NCBI RefSeq assembly: GCF_032444005.1
Contig: NC_091291.1
Span: 141,670,001-141,734,000 of the forward strand
DNA length: 64,000 nucleotides
Direction of reading: 5' to 3'
From: Ranitomeya imitator
Lineage: Eukaryota
Shown here: positions 21,712 through 46,200 of the stretch, in pieces
Layout of the letters: the number at the start of each line of letters is the position of its first letter
Position numbering within the stretch: position 1 is the stretch's first letter
Position numbers and translations under genes: made by a program
Notes under the pieces: generated by a model
The model's database searches: none
Told to the model about the DNA's origin: nothing
The model's input: the letters and a program-made list of their open reading frames with translations, nothing else

Positions 21712-22984
21712 TATAGTGCTGCCTCCTTCATACAGGGCCATCCCGTACAGGACACAGTATATAGTGCTGCCTCCTGCATACAGTGCCATCCCATACAGGG
21801 CACAGTATATAGTGCTGCCTCCTGCATACAGTGCCATCCCATACAGGGCACAGTATATAGTGCTGCCTCCTGCATACAGTGCCATCCCATACAGGGCACA
21901 GTATATAGTGCTGCCTCCTGCATACAGTGCCATCCCATACAGGGCACAGTATATAGTGCTGCCTCCTTCATACAGGACACAGTATATAGTGCTGCCTCCT
22001 TCATACAGGGCCATCCCGTACAGTATATAGTGCTGCCTCCTTCATACAGTGCCATCCCATACAGTATATAGTGCTGCCTCCTTCATACAGTGCCATCCCA
22101 TACAGGACACAGTATATAGTGCTGCCTCCTGCATACAGTGCCATCCCATACAGGACACCGTATATAGTGCTGCCTCCTTCATACAGTGCCATCCCATACA
22201 GGACACAGTATATAGTGCTGCCTCCTGCATACAGTGCCATCCCATACAGGACACAGTATATAGTGCTGCCTCCTGCATACAGTGCCATCCCGTACAGGGC
22301 ACAGTATATAGTGCTGCCTCCTGCATACAGGGCCATCCCATACAGGACACAGTATATAGTGCTGCCTCCTGCATACAGGGCCATCCCATACAGTATATAG
22401 TGCTGCCTCCTTCATACAGGGCCATCCCGTACAGTATATAGTGCTGCCTCCTTCATACAGTGCCATCCCATACAGGACACAGTATATAGTGCTGCCTCCT
22501 GCATACAGTGCCATCCCATACAGGACACCGTATATAGTGCTGCCTCCTTCATACAGTGCCATCCCATACAGGACACAGTATATAGTGCTGCCTCCTGCAT
22601 ACAGTGCCATCCCGTACAGTATATAGTGCTGCCTCCTTCATACAGGGCCATCCCGTACAGGACACAGTATATAGTGCTGCCTCCTTCATACAGGGCACAG
22701 TATATAGTGCTGCCTCCTTCATACAGTGCCATCCCATACAGGGCACAGTATATAGTGCTGCCTCCTTCATACAGGGCACAGTATATAGTGCTGCTTCCGT
22801 CATACAGGACACAGTATATAGTGCTGCCTCCTTCATACAGTGCCATCCCGTACAGGACACAGTATAAGGTGCTGCCTCCTGCATACAGGGCCGTCCCGTA
22901 CAGGACACGACACGTGCAGTGCAGCCCTCACACAGGACGCCGCACCGTACAGTTACGTCTCGCCGCCCGCCGGCCTCATCTCAC

Positions 22985-23060
22985 CTGGCAGCGGCCGCTC
23001 CTCTCTCCTCACACTCCCCATCAAACTCCCCACACTTTCTCAATCTACCCCGACACCCGA
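22985..23060 (-). other. STT3A: Probable non-coding exon 1 of STT3A (5' end approximate)
   Basis: CAG|GTGAGA donor at 22984 in the only unique CpG-rich island upstream of exon 2; human STT3A also has a non-coding first exon. Confidence 0.7.
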
Positions 23061-23420
23061 GCGGCCCCGCCCTCCCTCTGCCCCGTCACCCGGTTGGTCC
23101 GCCGCTCTGCCACATCTATTCGCATTGGATAAAAACAAACAAGGTTGTCTGAGAGAAGCCGAAGGGGCATTTGCTGATTGGTTCCTCAGTGACTGCGTCA
23201 CGTTACGGAGGCGGAGCTTCCTCATGGACTGTCACAGAGGCGCATGAAAGCCAAGCCAGGTTCGGTTGAGGTGTGAGGAGTGACGTGTCCATTCTAGCCA
23301 GGCGCGCAGCTATAGGGAAGCCGGAGAGGGAGCAGCGCCGCCTGCCGGCTAGGAGTGGCGGAGCGTTTCTCTGAGGCACAATGGGCTGCACAGTGCCACC
23401 TAGCGGCGGAGATAGGTCAC
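23061..23420 (-). promoter_or_regulatory. STT3A CpG-island promoter
   Basis: GC box (23065-23072), two CCAAT boxes on the minus strand (23124-23128, 23177-23181), CGTCACGT (23196-23203), TGACGTGT (23281-23288). Confidence 0.65.
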
Positions 23421-23508
23421 TGCAGCACTCTATTGTTCCACTGTGTCTGCTGTTACTCAGATTCACCAAAGGATGGAGCCAATCCCCGGTGTGTCCACCA
23501 GGAGGCGC
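23393..23508. promoter_or_regulatory. Divergent pair of CTCF-consensus motifs
   Basis: CCGCTAGGTGGCAC (minus, 23393-23406) and CCACCAGGAGGCGC (plus, 23495-23508). Confidence 0.5.
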
Positions 23509-23709
23509 CATGCAGACAGAAATGCTTCTATAAGACAGTAGAAATCGATCATAGAACATTTTGTACGGATACAAGAGACCAATTCATCTTCATGTGGAAA
23601 AGACCCCAAAACCCTCAGTGTGAACTGCGCTTACAACAGCTGTAATAGAAGAGCAGGTCTGAACTGTTCTCCCTGCACCAGAACTAGTCCAGGAAACCCC
23701 AGACTGAGG

Positions 23710-26029
23710 CCTGAGCCCAAAATATCACAGGGGGCTGCCCCCTATATCCTCGGTGCGGGGCTAGAGCCTAAATATCACAGGGGCTGCCCCTATATCCTCG
23801 GTGCGGGGCCTGAGCCCAAAATATCACAGGGGCTGCCCCCTATATCCTCGGTGCGGGACCGGAGCCCAAAATATCACAGGGGCTGCCCCTATATCCTCGG
23901 TGCGGGGCCTGAGCCCAAAATATCACAGGGGCTGCCCCCTATATCCTCGGTGCGGGACCGGAGCCCAAAATATCACAGGGTTTGCCCCCTATATCCTCGG
24001 TGCGGGGCCTGAGCCCAAAATATCACAGGGGCTGCCCCCTATATCCTCGGTGCGGGACCGGAGCCCAAAATATCACAGGGTTTGCCCCCTATATCCTCGG
24101 TGCGGGACCGGAGCCCAAAATATCACAGGGGCTGCCCCCTATATCCTCGGTGCGGGGCCTGAGCCCAAAATATCACAGGGGCTGCCCCCTATATCCTCGG
24201 TGCGGGACCGGAGCCCAAAATATCACAGGGGGCTGCCCCCTATATCCTCGGTGCGAGGCCGGAGCCCAAAATATCACAGGGTTTGCCCCCTATATCCTCG
24301 GTGCGGGACCGGAGCCCAAAATATCACAGGGGCTGCCCCCTATATCCTCGGTGCGGGGCTAGAGCCCAAAATATCACAGGGGGCTGCCCCCTATATCCTC
24401 GGTGCGAGGCTAGAGCCCAAAATATCACAGGGGGCTGCCCCCTATATCCTCGGTGCGGGGCCGGAGCCCAAAATATCACAGGGGCTGCCCCCTATATCCT
24501 TGGTGCGAGGCCGGAGCCCAAAATATCACAGGGTTTGCCCCCTATATCCTCGGTGCGGGACCGGAGCCCAAAATATCACAGGGGCTGCCCCTACATCCTC
24601 GGTGCTAGGCCGTAGCCCAAAATATCACAGGGGCTGCCCCCTATATCCTCGGTGCGGGGCCCAAAATATCACAGGGGCTGCCCCCTATATCCTCGGTGCG
24701 GGGCTAGAGCCTAAATCTCACAGGGGCTGCCCCCTATATCCTCGGTGCAGGGCTAGAGCCCAAATATCACAGGGACTGCCCCCTATATCCTCGGTGCGGG
24801 GCCTGAGCCCGAAATATCACAGGGTTTGCCCCCTATATCCTCGGTGCGGGACCGGAGCCCAAAATATCACAGGGGCTGCCCCTACATCCTCGGTGCTAGG
24901 CCGTAGCCCAAAATATCACAGGGGCTGCCCCCTATATCCTCGGTGCGGGGCCCAAAATATCACAGGGGCTGCCCCCTATATCCTCGGTGCGGGGCTAGAG
25001 CCTAAATCTCACAGGGGCTGCCCCCTATATCCTCGGTGCAGGGCTAGAGCCCAAATATCACAGGGACTGCCCCCTATATCCTCGGTGCGGGGCCTGAGCC
25101 CGAAATATCACAGGGGCTGCCCCCTATATCCTCGGTGCGGGGCCGGAGCCCGAAATATCACAGGGGCTGCCCCCTATATCCTCGGTGCGAGGCCGGAGCC
25201 CAGAATATCACAGGGGCTGCCCCCTATATCCTCGGTGCGGGGCCGGAGCCTAAATATCACAGGGGCTGCCCCCTATCTCCTCGGTGCGGGGCCAGAGCCC
25301 AAAATATCACAGGGGCTGCCCCCTATCTCATCGGTGCGGGGCTAGAGCCCAAAATATCACAGGGGCTGCCGCCTATATCCTCGGTGCGGGGCCTGAGCCC
25401 GAAATATCACGGGGACTGCCCCTTATATCCTCGGTGCGGGGCTAGAGCCTAAATATCACAGGGGCTGCCCCCTATATCCTCGGTGCGGGGCTAGAGCCTA
25501 AATATCACGGGGGCTGCCCCCTATATCCTCGGTGCGGGGCCGGAGCCCAAAATATCACGGGGACTGCCCCCTATATCCTCGGTGCGGGGCCGGAGCCTAA
25601 ATATCACAGGGGCTGCCCCCTATATCCTCGGCGCGGGGCTAGAGCCTAAATATCACAGGGGCTGCCCCCTATATCCTCGGTGCGGGGCTGGAGCCCGAAA
25701 TATCACAGGGGCTGCCCCCTATATCCTCGGTGCGGGGCTAGAGCCTAAATATCACAGGGGCTGCCCCCTATATCCTCGGTGCGGGGCTAGAGCCCGAAAT
25801 ATCACAGGGGCTGCCCCCTATATCCTCGGTGCGGGGCTAGAGCCTAAATATCACAGGGGCTGCCCCCTATATCCTCGGTGCGGGGCTAGAGCCTAAATAT
25901 CACAGGGGCTGCCCCCTATATCCTCGGTGCGGGGCTAGAGCCCGAAATATCACAGGGGCTGCCCCCTATATCCTCGGTGCGGGGCTAGAGCCCGAAATAT
26001 CACGGGGACTGCCCCCTATATCCTCGGTG
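23710..26029. repeat. ~50-bp minisatellite, ~46 copies, between EI24 and STT3A
   Basis: Unit GAGCCCAAAATATCACAGGGGCTGCCCCCTATATCCTCGGTGCGGGGCCT. Confidence 0.96.
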
Positions 26030-27298
26030 TTACATCGTCCAGTGCTGGTGGCAGAAGGAGTGAACGGGGAATCAGTCAGCGAGCTCGTGCTGCTGATGAA
26101 GTTTGTGTCTTTGAGCTCCTCTCGGTTCATGGCCACATTGACCACTGATCTGAGTGCAGATCACGGAGCGACTCCTGCTCCGCTCACTTCCCTATGGAGG
26201 GACAGGTGACGTCACGTCTACAGGTCTCTGCAGGACACGAGCACAATCACGTCACCTGCTCCTCTCCATACAGAAGTAGTCTGCTGGTCCAGTGGCCAAT
26301 GGTGCCGGAGCCCAGTGAGCCGCCTGCCGACATCTTCTGACTAGTAGGACAGGCACAATATGATGTGTACACCCTGAGCTGTAGCCTCCAGCACCATTGG
26401 TCCCTGGACCGGCATACTGAAAGTATTTTTGCTGAACTCCAGTATCTGCGATCGTCCCATTATCAAAACCCTAAAACAGGAAAATCGATCACCACAGACG
26501 CCTGAGGGCTTGTTCCAGGGACCACGCACCCCCCATATGAGGGGCCACGACCATACACCCCCCCTCAAACGTCACCCGTATTCCTGGCTCCCTGCGTAAT
26601 CCACAGGGAGCGGGCGAGAGATCGGAGCCACGACACCTCAGTCACATAGAAATTGTTCATTTGCTTTTTTTTTTTTTCTTTTTGTAAATCACAAAATGGT
26701 CAAATTCAGACAATATTTTTTTTTTGTTCTTTTGTCCGTAGCTCAATTAGACACAAATAATTAACATCAAGATATTAAAAACAGTAATTAACCCCTTCCA
26801 TCCCTGAGTGATGAAGCGCGAGTGCTTAGTAATTACTGGATACCCAAAACCAAAATAAACATAAAAATAACAATTTAACAATAATATTCACTTTTTCTCC
26901 ATTAATCCTGCCTGGGCCGGCGCCGCGGACTGAACGTCATTGTGAGTCACAATCTGCGCCATTCTGCAGGTCGTTCATCCGGATTTTGGGAACCGTGTAA
27001 CACTGTCATGTGGGGGCACCGGCTGGCTCGGACCGCTGTTGGGGGCCATATTGCTTCTTTGCCGTCGGGTTACATCTCGCAGATTTTCTTACAAACCGTA
27101 TAAAGTGGATGATCCAGATCAGGTCTGCACTCGTTGACGAGCGCACAAGTTTTACAGACGTGCAAAAGTCTCAGGATTGAGGGGAAACGAAAAATCATAA
27201 AGTAAGAAAGTGACACCTTGTGCAGAGGAGCCCGGACACTTGTGCCAGTCAGAAAGAGTTAAAAACATGGCGGTCGCCGGGGACGGACGCTTCTCACA

Positions 27299-39703
<12,405 letters not shown>

Positions 39704-40065
39704 TTTCCTCTTCTTTACCCTATAAGCGTCCTGACCATCAGCTGCACGGAGCGGGGAAGTGTGAGGGGCCAGAACGGGTCATCATGGAGGAAGCGGGCGA
39801 ACCAGCCGACCTGAAAGTCAGGGACAAGGAGGTTATAGAGAGTGATCACAGGGAGATCAGGAGGAGGTGCAGCTGAGGCACCAGGTTATTATCGCTCATC
39901 ATACGACACGTCCGTCCTCCAGGAATCCTCATGCTGCAGCCGCAGTCGCTCTATTCCAGGATCTCTGCTTGCTGGGAATTGGTGGAAATATTCCTGCCGA
40001 CCTCCAGACACTGAAAACCTACAACCACGATCCGAGGCCTGAAAAATGTGCCTCTCCAGGCGTAG

Positions 40066-40202
40066 AACTACAACTCCCAGCATTCCCTGACACGATGTAT
40101 GCAGTGTAGATCAGTGATCTCTAAGCTGTGGCTCTCCGGACAGAAAAACTACAACTCCCAGCATCCCCTGACTCCCTGTATACAGTCTAGATCAGTGATC
40201 TA
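40066..40202 (-). repeat. Two diverged, inverted copies of the 58-bp unit
   Basis: AAACTACAACTCCCAGCATCCCCTGACTCCCTGTATACAGTCTAGATCAGTGATCT is approximately the reverse complement of the array unit. Confidence 0.8.
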
Positions 40203-40247
40203 CAATTGTTGACATCCAGAAATTGTAGCAAAATGAAAACTCCCATC

Positions 40248-43200
40248 ATCTGGGCTGTATACAGGGTGTCGGGGCATGCTGGGGGTTGTAGTTTGGAGAT
40301 CACTGATCTGGGCTGTATACAGGGTGTCGGGGAATGCTGGGGGTTGTAGTTTGGAGATCACTGATCTGGGCTGTATGCAGGGTGTCGGGGCATGCTGGGG
40401 GTTGTAGTTTGGAGATCACTGATCTGGGCTGTATACAGGGTGTCGGGGCATGCTGGGGGTTGTAGTTTGGTGATCACTGATCTGGGCTGTATACAGGGTG
40501 TCGGGGCATGCTGGGGGTTGTAGTTTGGTGATCACTGATCTGGGCTGTATACAGGGTGTCGGGGCATGCTGGGGGTTGTAGTCTGGAGATCACTGATCTG
40601 AGCTGTATACAGGGTGTCGGGGCATGCTGGGGGTTGTAGTTTGGAGATCACTGATCTTGGCTGTATACAGGGTGTCGGGGCATGCTGGGGGTTGTAGTTT
40701 GGTGATCACTGATCTGGGCTGTATACAGGGTGTCGGGGCATGCTGGGGGTTGTAGTTTGGTGATCACTGATCTGGGCTGTATACAGGGTGTCGGGGCATG
40801 CTGGGGGTTGTAGTTTGGTGATCACTGATCTGGGCTGTATACAGGGTGTCGGGGCATGCTGGGGGTTGTAGTTTGGTGATCACTGATCTGGGCTGTATAC
40901 AGGGTGTCGGGGCATGCTGGGGGTTGTAGTTTGGTGATCACTGATCTGGGCTGTATACAGGGTGTCGGGGCATGCTGGGAGTTGTAGTTTGGTGATCACT
41001 GATCTGGGCTGTATACAGGGTGTCGGGGCATGCTGGGGGTTGTAGTTTGGTGATCACTGATCTGTATACAGGGTGTCGGGGCATGCTGGGGGTTGTAGTT
41101 TGGAGATCACTGATCTGGGCTGTATACAGGGTGTCGGGGCATGCTGGGGGTTGTAGTTTGGTGATCACTGATCTGGGCTGTATACAGGGTGTCGGGGCAT
41201 GCTGGGGGTTGTAGTTTGGTGATCACTGATCTGGGCTGTATACAGGGTGTCGGGGCATGCTGGGGGTTGTAGTTTGGTGATCACTGATCTGGGCTGTATA
41301 CAGGGTGTCGGGGCATGCTGGGGGTTGTAGTTTGGTGATCACTGATCTGGGCTGTATACAGGGTGTCGGGGCATGCTGGGGGTTGTAGTTTGGAGATCAC
41401 TGATCTGGGCTGTATACAGGGTGTCGGGGCATGCTGGGGGTTGTAGTTTGGTGATCACTGATCTGGGCTGTATACAGGGTGTCGGGGCATGCTGGGGGTT
41501 GTAGTTTGGTGATCACTGATCTGAGCTGTATACAGGGTGTCGGGGCATGCTGGGGGTTGTAGTTTGGTGATCACTGATCTGAGCTGTATACAGGGTGTCG
41601 GGGCATGCTGGGGGTTGTAGTCTGGAGATCACTGATCTGGGCTGTATACAGGGTGTCGGGGCATGCTGGGGGTTGTAGTCTGGAGATCACTGATCTGGGC
41701 TGTATACAGGGTGTCGGGGCATGCTGGGGGTTGTAGTTTGGTGATCACTGATCTGGGCTGTATACAGGGTGTCGGGGCATGCTGGGGGTTGTAGCTTGGT
41801 GATCACTGATCTGGGCTGTATACAGGGTGTCGGGGCATGCTGGGGGTTGTAGTTTGGTGATCACTGATCTGGGCTGTATACAGGGTGTCGGGGCATGCTG
41901 GGGGTTGTAGCTTGGTGATCACTGATCTGGGCTGTATACAGGGTGTCGGGGCATGCTGGGGGTTGTAGTTTGGAGATCACTGATCTGAGCTGTATACAGG
42001 GTGTCGGGGCATGCTGGGGGTTGTAGTTTGGTGATCACTGATCTGGGCTGTATACAGGGTGTCGGGGCATGCTGGGGGTTGTAGTTTGGAGATCACTGAT
42101 CTGGGCTGTATACAGGGTATCGGGGCATGCTGGGGGTTGTAGTTTGGAGATCACTGATCTGGGCTGTATACAGGGTGTCGGGGCATGCTGGGGGTTGTAG
42201 TTTGGTGATCACTGATCTGAGCTGTATACAGGGTGTCGGGGCATGCTGGGGGTTGTAGTTTGGTGATCACTGATCTGAGCTGTATACAGGGTGTCGGGGC
42301 ATGCTGGGGGTTGTAGTCTGGAGATCACTGATCTGGGCTGTATACAGGGTGTCGGGGCATGCTGGGGGTTGTAGTTTGGTGATCACTGATCTGAGCTGTA
42401 TACAGGGTGTCGGGGCATGCTGGGGGTTGTAGTTTGGTGATCACTGATCTGGGCTGTATACAGGGTGTCGGGGCATGCTGGGGGTTGTAGTTTGGAGATC
42501 ACTGATCTGGGCTGTATACAGGGTGTCGGGGCATGCTGGGGGTTGTAGTTTGGAGATCACTGATCTGGGCTGTATACAGGGTGTCGGGGCATGCTGGGGG
42601 TTGTAGTTTGGAGATCACTGATCTGGGCTGTATACAGGGTGTCGGGGCATGCTGGGGGTTGTAGTTTGGAGATCACTGATCTGGGCTGTATACAGGGTGT
42701 CGGGGCATGCTGGGGGTTGTAGTTTGGTGATCACTGATCTGGGCTGTATACAGGGTGTCGGGGCATGCTGGGGGTTGTAGTCTGGAGATCACTGATCTGG
42801 GCTGTATACAGGGTGTCGGGGCATGCTGGGGGTTGTAGTTTGGAGATCACTGATCGGGGCTGTATACAGGGTGTCGGGGCATGCTGGGGGTTGTAGTTTG
42901 GTGATCACTGATCTGGGCTGTATGCAGGGTGTCGGGGCATGCTGGGGGTTGTAGTTTGGTGATCACTGATCTGGGCTGTATACAGGGTGTCGGGGCATGC
43001 TGGGGGTTGTAGTTTGGAGATCACTGATCTGAGCTGTATACAGGGTGTCGGGGCATGCTGGGGGTTGTAGTTTGGTGATCACTGATCTGGGCTGTATGCA
43101 GGGTGTCGGGGCATGCTGGGGGTTGTAGTTTGGAGATCACTGATCTGAGCTGTATACAGGGTGTCGGGGCATGCTGGGGGTTGTAGTTTGGTGATCACTG

Positions 43201-46200
43201 ATCTGGGCTGTATACAGGGTGTCGGGGCATGCTGGGGGTTGTAGTTTGGAGATCACTGATCTGGGCTGTATACAGGGTGTCGGGGCATGCTGGGGGTTGT
43301 AGTCTGGAGATCACTGATCGCGGCTGTATACAGGGTGTCGGGGCATGCTGGGGGTTGTAGTTTGGAGATCACTGATCTGGGCTGTATACAGGGTGTCGGG
43401 GCATGCTGGGGGTTGTAGTTTGGTGATCACTGATCTGAGCTGTATACAGGGTGTCGGGGCATGCTGGGGGTTGTAGTTTGGTGATCACTGATCTGTATAC
43501 AGGGTGTCGGGGCATGCTGGGGGTTGTAGTTTGGTGATCACTGATCTGGGCTGTATACAGGGTGTCGGGGCATGCTGGGGGTTGTAGTCTGGAGATCACT
43601 GATCTGGGCTGTATACAGGGTGTCGGGGCATGCTGGGGGTTGTAGTCTGGAGATCACTGATCTGAGCTGTATACAGGGTGTCGGGGCATGCTGGGGGTTG
43701 TAGTCTGGAGATCACTGATCTGGGCTGTATACAGGGTGTCGGGGCATGCTGGGGGTTGTAGTCTGGAGATCACTGATCTGAGCTGTATACAGGGTGTCGG
43801 GGCATGCTGGGGGTTGTAGTTTGGTGATCACTGATCTGAGCTGTATACAGGGTGTCGGGGCATGCTGGGGGTTGTAGTTTGGTGATCACTGATCTGGGCT
43901 GTATACAGGGTGTCGGGGCATGCTGGGGGTTGTAGTTTGGTGATCACTGATCTGAGATATATACAGGGTGTCGGGGCATGCTGGGAGTTGTAGTTTGGTG
44001 ATCACTGATCTGGGCTGTATACAGGGTGTCGGGGCATGCTGGGGGTTGTAGTTTGGTGATCACTGATCTGTATACAGGGTGTCGGGGCATGCTGGGGGTT
44101 GTAGTTTGGAGATCACTGATCTGGGCTGTATACAGGGTGTCGGGGCATGCTGGGGGTTGTAGTTTGGTGATCACTGATCTGGGCTGTATACAGGGTGTCG
44201 GGGCATGCTGGGGGTTGTAGTTTGGAGATCACTGATCTGAGCTGTATACAGGGTGTCGGGGCATGCTGGGGGTTGTAGTTTGGAGATCACTGATCTGGGC
44301 TGTATACAGGGTGTCGGGGCATGCTGGGGGTTGTAGTTTGGTGATCACTGATCTGGGCTGTATACAGGGTGTCGGGGCATGCTGGGGGTTGTAGCTTGGT
44401 GATCACTGATCTGGGCTGTATACAGGGTGTCGGGGCATGCTGGGAGTTGTAGTTTGGTGATCACTGATCTGGGCTGTATACAGGGTGTCGGGGCATGCTG
44501 GGGGTTGTAGTTTGGTGATCACTGATCGGGGCTGTATACAGGGTGTCGGGGCATGCTGGGGGTTGTAGTTTGGAGATCACTGATCTGAGCTGTATACAGG
44601 GTGTCGGGGCATGCTGGGGGTTGTAGTTTGGAGATCACTGATCTGGGCTGTATACAGGGTGTCGGGGCATGCTGGGGGTTGTAGTCTGGAGATCACTGAT
44701 CGCGGCTGTATACAGGGTGTCGGGGCATGCTGGGGGTTGTAGTTTGGAGATCACTGATCTGGGCTGTATACAGGGTGTCGGGGCATGCTGGGGGTTGTAG
44801 TTTGGTGATCACTGATCTGAGCTGTATACAGGGTGTCGGGGCATGCTGGGGGTTGTAGTTTGGTGATCACTGATCTGGGCTGTATACAGGGTGTCGGGGC
44901 ATGCTGGGGGTTGTAGTTTGGTGATCACTGATCTGAGCTGTATACAGGGTGTCGGGGCATGCTGGGGGTTGTAGTTTGGTGATCACTGATCTGGGCTGTA
45001 TACAGGGTGTCGGGGCATGCTGGGGGTTGTAGTTTGGAGATCACTGATCTGGGCTGTATACAGGGTGTCGGGGCATGCTGGGGGTTGTAGTTTGGAGATC
45101 ACTGATCTGAGCTGTATACAGGGTGTCGGGGCATGCTGGGGGTTGTAGTTTGGAGATCACTGATCTGGGCTGTATACAGGGTGTCGGGGCATGCTGGGGG
45201 TTGTAGTTTGGTGATCACTGATCTGAGCTGTATACAGGGTGTCGGGGCATGCTGGGGGTTGTAGTTTGGAGATCACTGATCTGGGCTGTATACAGGGTGT
45301 CGGGGCATGCTGGGGGTTGTAGTTTGGTGATCACTGATCTGGGCTGTATACAGGGTGTCGGGGCATGCTGGGGGTTGTAGTTTGGTGATCACTGATCTGG
45401 GCTGTATACAGGGTGTCGGGGCATGCTGGGGGTTGTAGTTTGGTGATCACTGATCTGAGCTGTATACAGGGTGTCGGGGCATGCTGGGGGTTGTAGTTTG
45501 GAGATCACTGATCTGGGCTGTATACAGGGTGTCGGGGCATGCTGGGGGTTGTAGTTTGGTGATCACTGATCTGGGCTGTATACAGGGTGTCGGGGCATGC
45601 TGGGGGTTGTAGTTTGGTGATCACTGATCTGGGCTGTATACAGGGTGTCGGGGCATGCTGGGGGTTGTAGTTTGGTGATCACTGATCTGAGCTGTATACA
45701 GGGTGTCGGGGCATGCTGGGGGTTGTAGTTTGGAGATCACTGATCTGGGCTGTATACAGGGTGTCGGGGCATGCTGGGGGTTGTAGTTTGGTGATCACTG
45801 ATCTGGGCTGTATACAGGGTGTCGGGGCATGCTGGGGGTTGTAGTTTGGAGATCACTGATCTGGGCTGTATACAGGGTGTCGGGGCATGCTGGGGGTTGT
45901 AGTTTGGTGATCACTGATCTGAGCTGTATACAGGGTGTCGGGGCATGCTGGGGGTTGTAGTTTGGAGATCACTGATCTGGGCTGTATACAGGGTGTCGGG
46001 GCATGCTGGGGGTTGTAGTCTGGAGATCACTGATCTGGACTGTATACAGGGTGTCGGGGCATGCTGGGGGTTGTAGTTTGGTGATCACTGATCTGGGCTG
46101 TATACAGGGTGTCGGGGCATGCTGGGGGTTGTAGTTTGGTGATCACTGATCTGGGCTGTATACAGGGTGTCGGGGCATGCTGGGGGTTGTAGTTTGGTGA

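Larger units (their letters stand above)
16308..22906. repeat. Compound 48/33/41-bp minisatellite, ~5.5 kb net, interrupted by two retro-insertions
   Basis: Core CAGTATATAGTGCTGCCTCCT(T/G)CATACAG with optional TGCCATCCC(A/G)TACAG and GG(G/A)CA modules. Confidence 0.96.

Noticed and set aside
16133-22908. Long ORFs (622, 567, 491, 423, 374 aa) with YIVLPP or MALYEGG repeats
   Set aside because: Direct translations of the 48/33-bp minisatellite on both strands within an intron; no evidence of a gene.
23620-25896. 514-aa and related plus-strand ORFs
   Set aside because: Translation of the ~50-bp array, with non-ATG starts and frame-shuffled repeats.
26358-26420. ATGATGT...CTGA...CTGA as a C/D snoRNA
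   Set aside because: Imperfect C box, not within a sense intron, no guide recognised.
39867-40109. Plus-strand 80-aa ORF (HTTRPSSRNPH...) as a possible nested gene
   Set aside because: No recognisable homology or splice context; it overlaps the EI24 intron-1 end and the inverted repeat copies.
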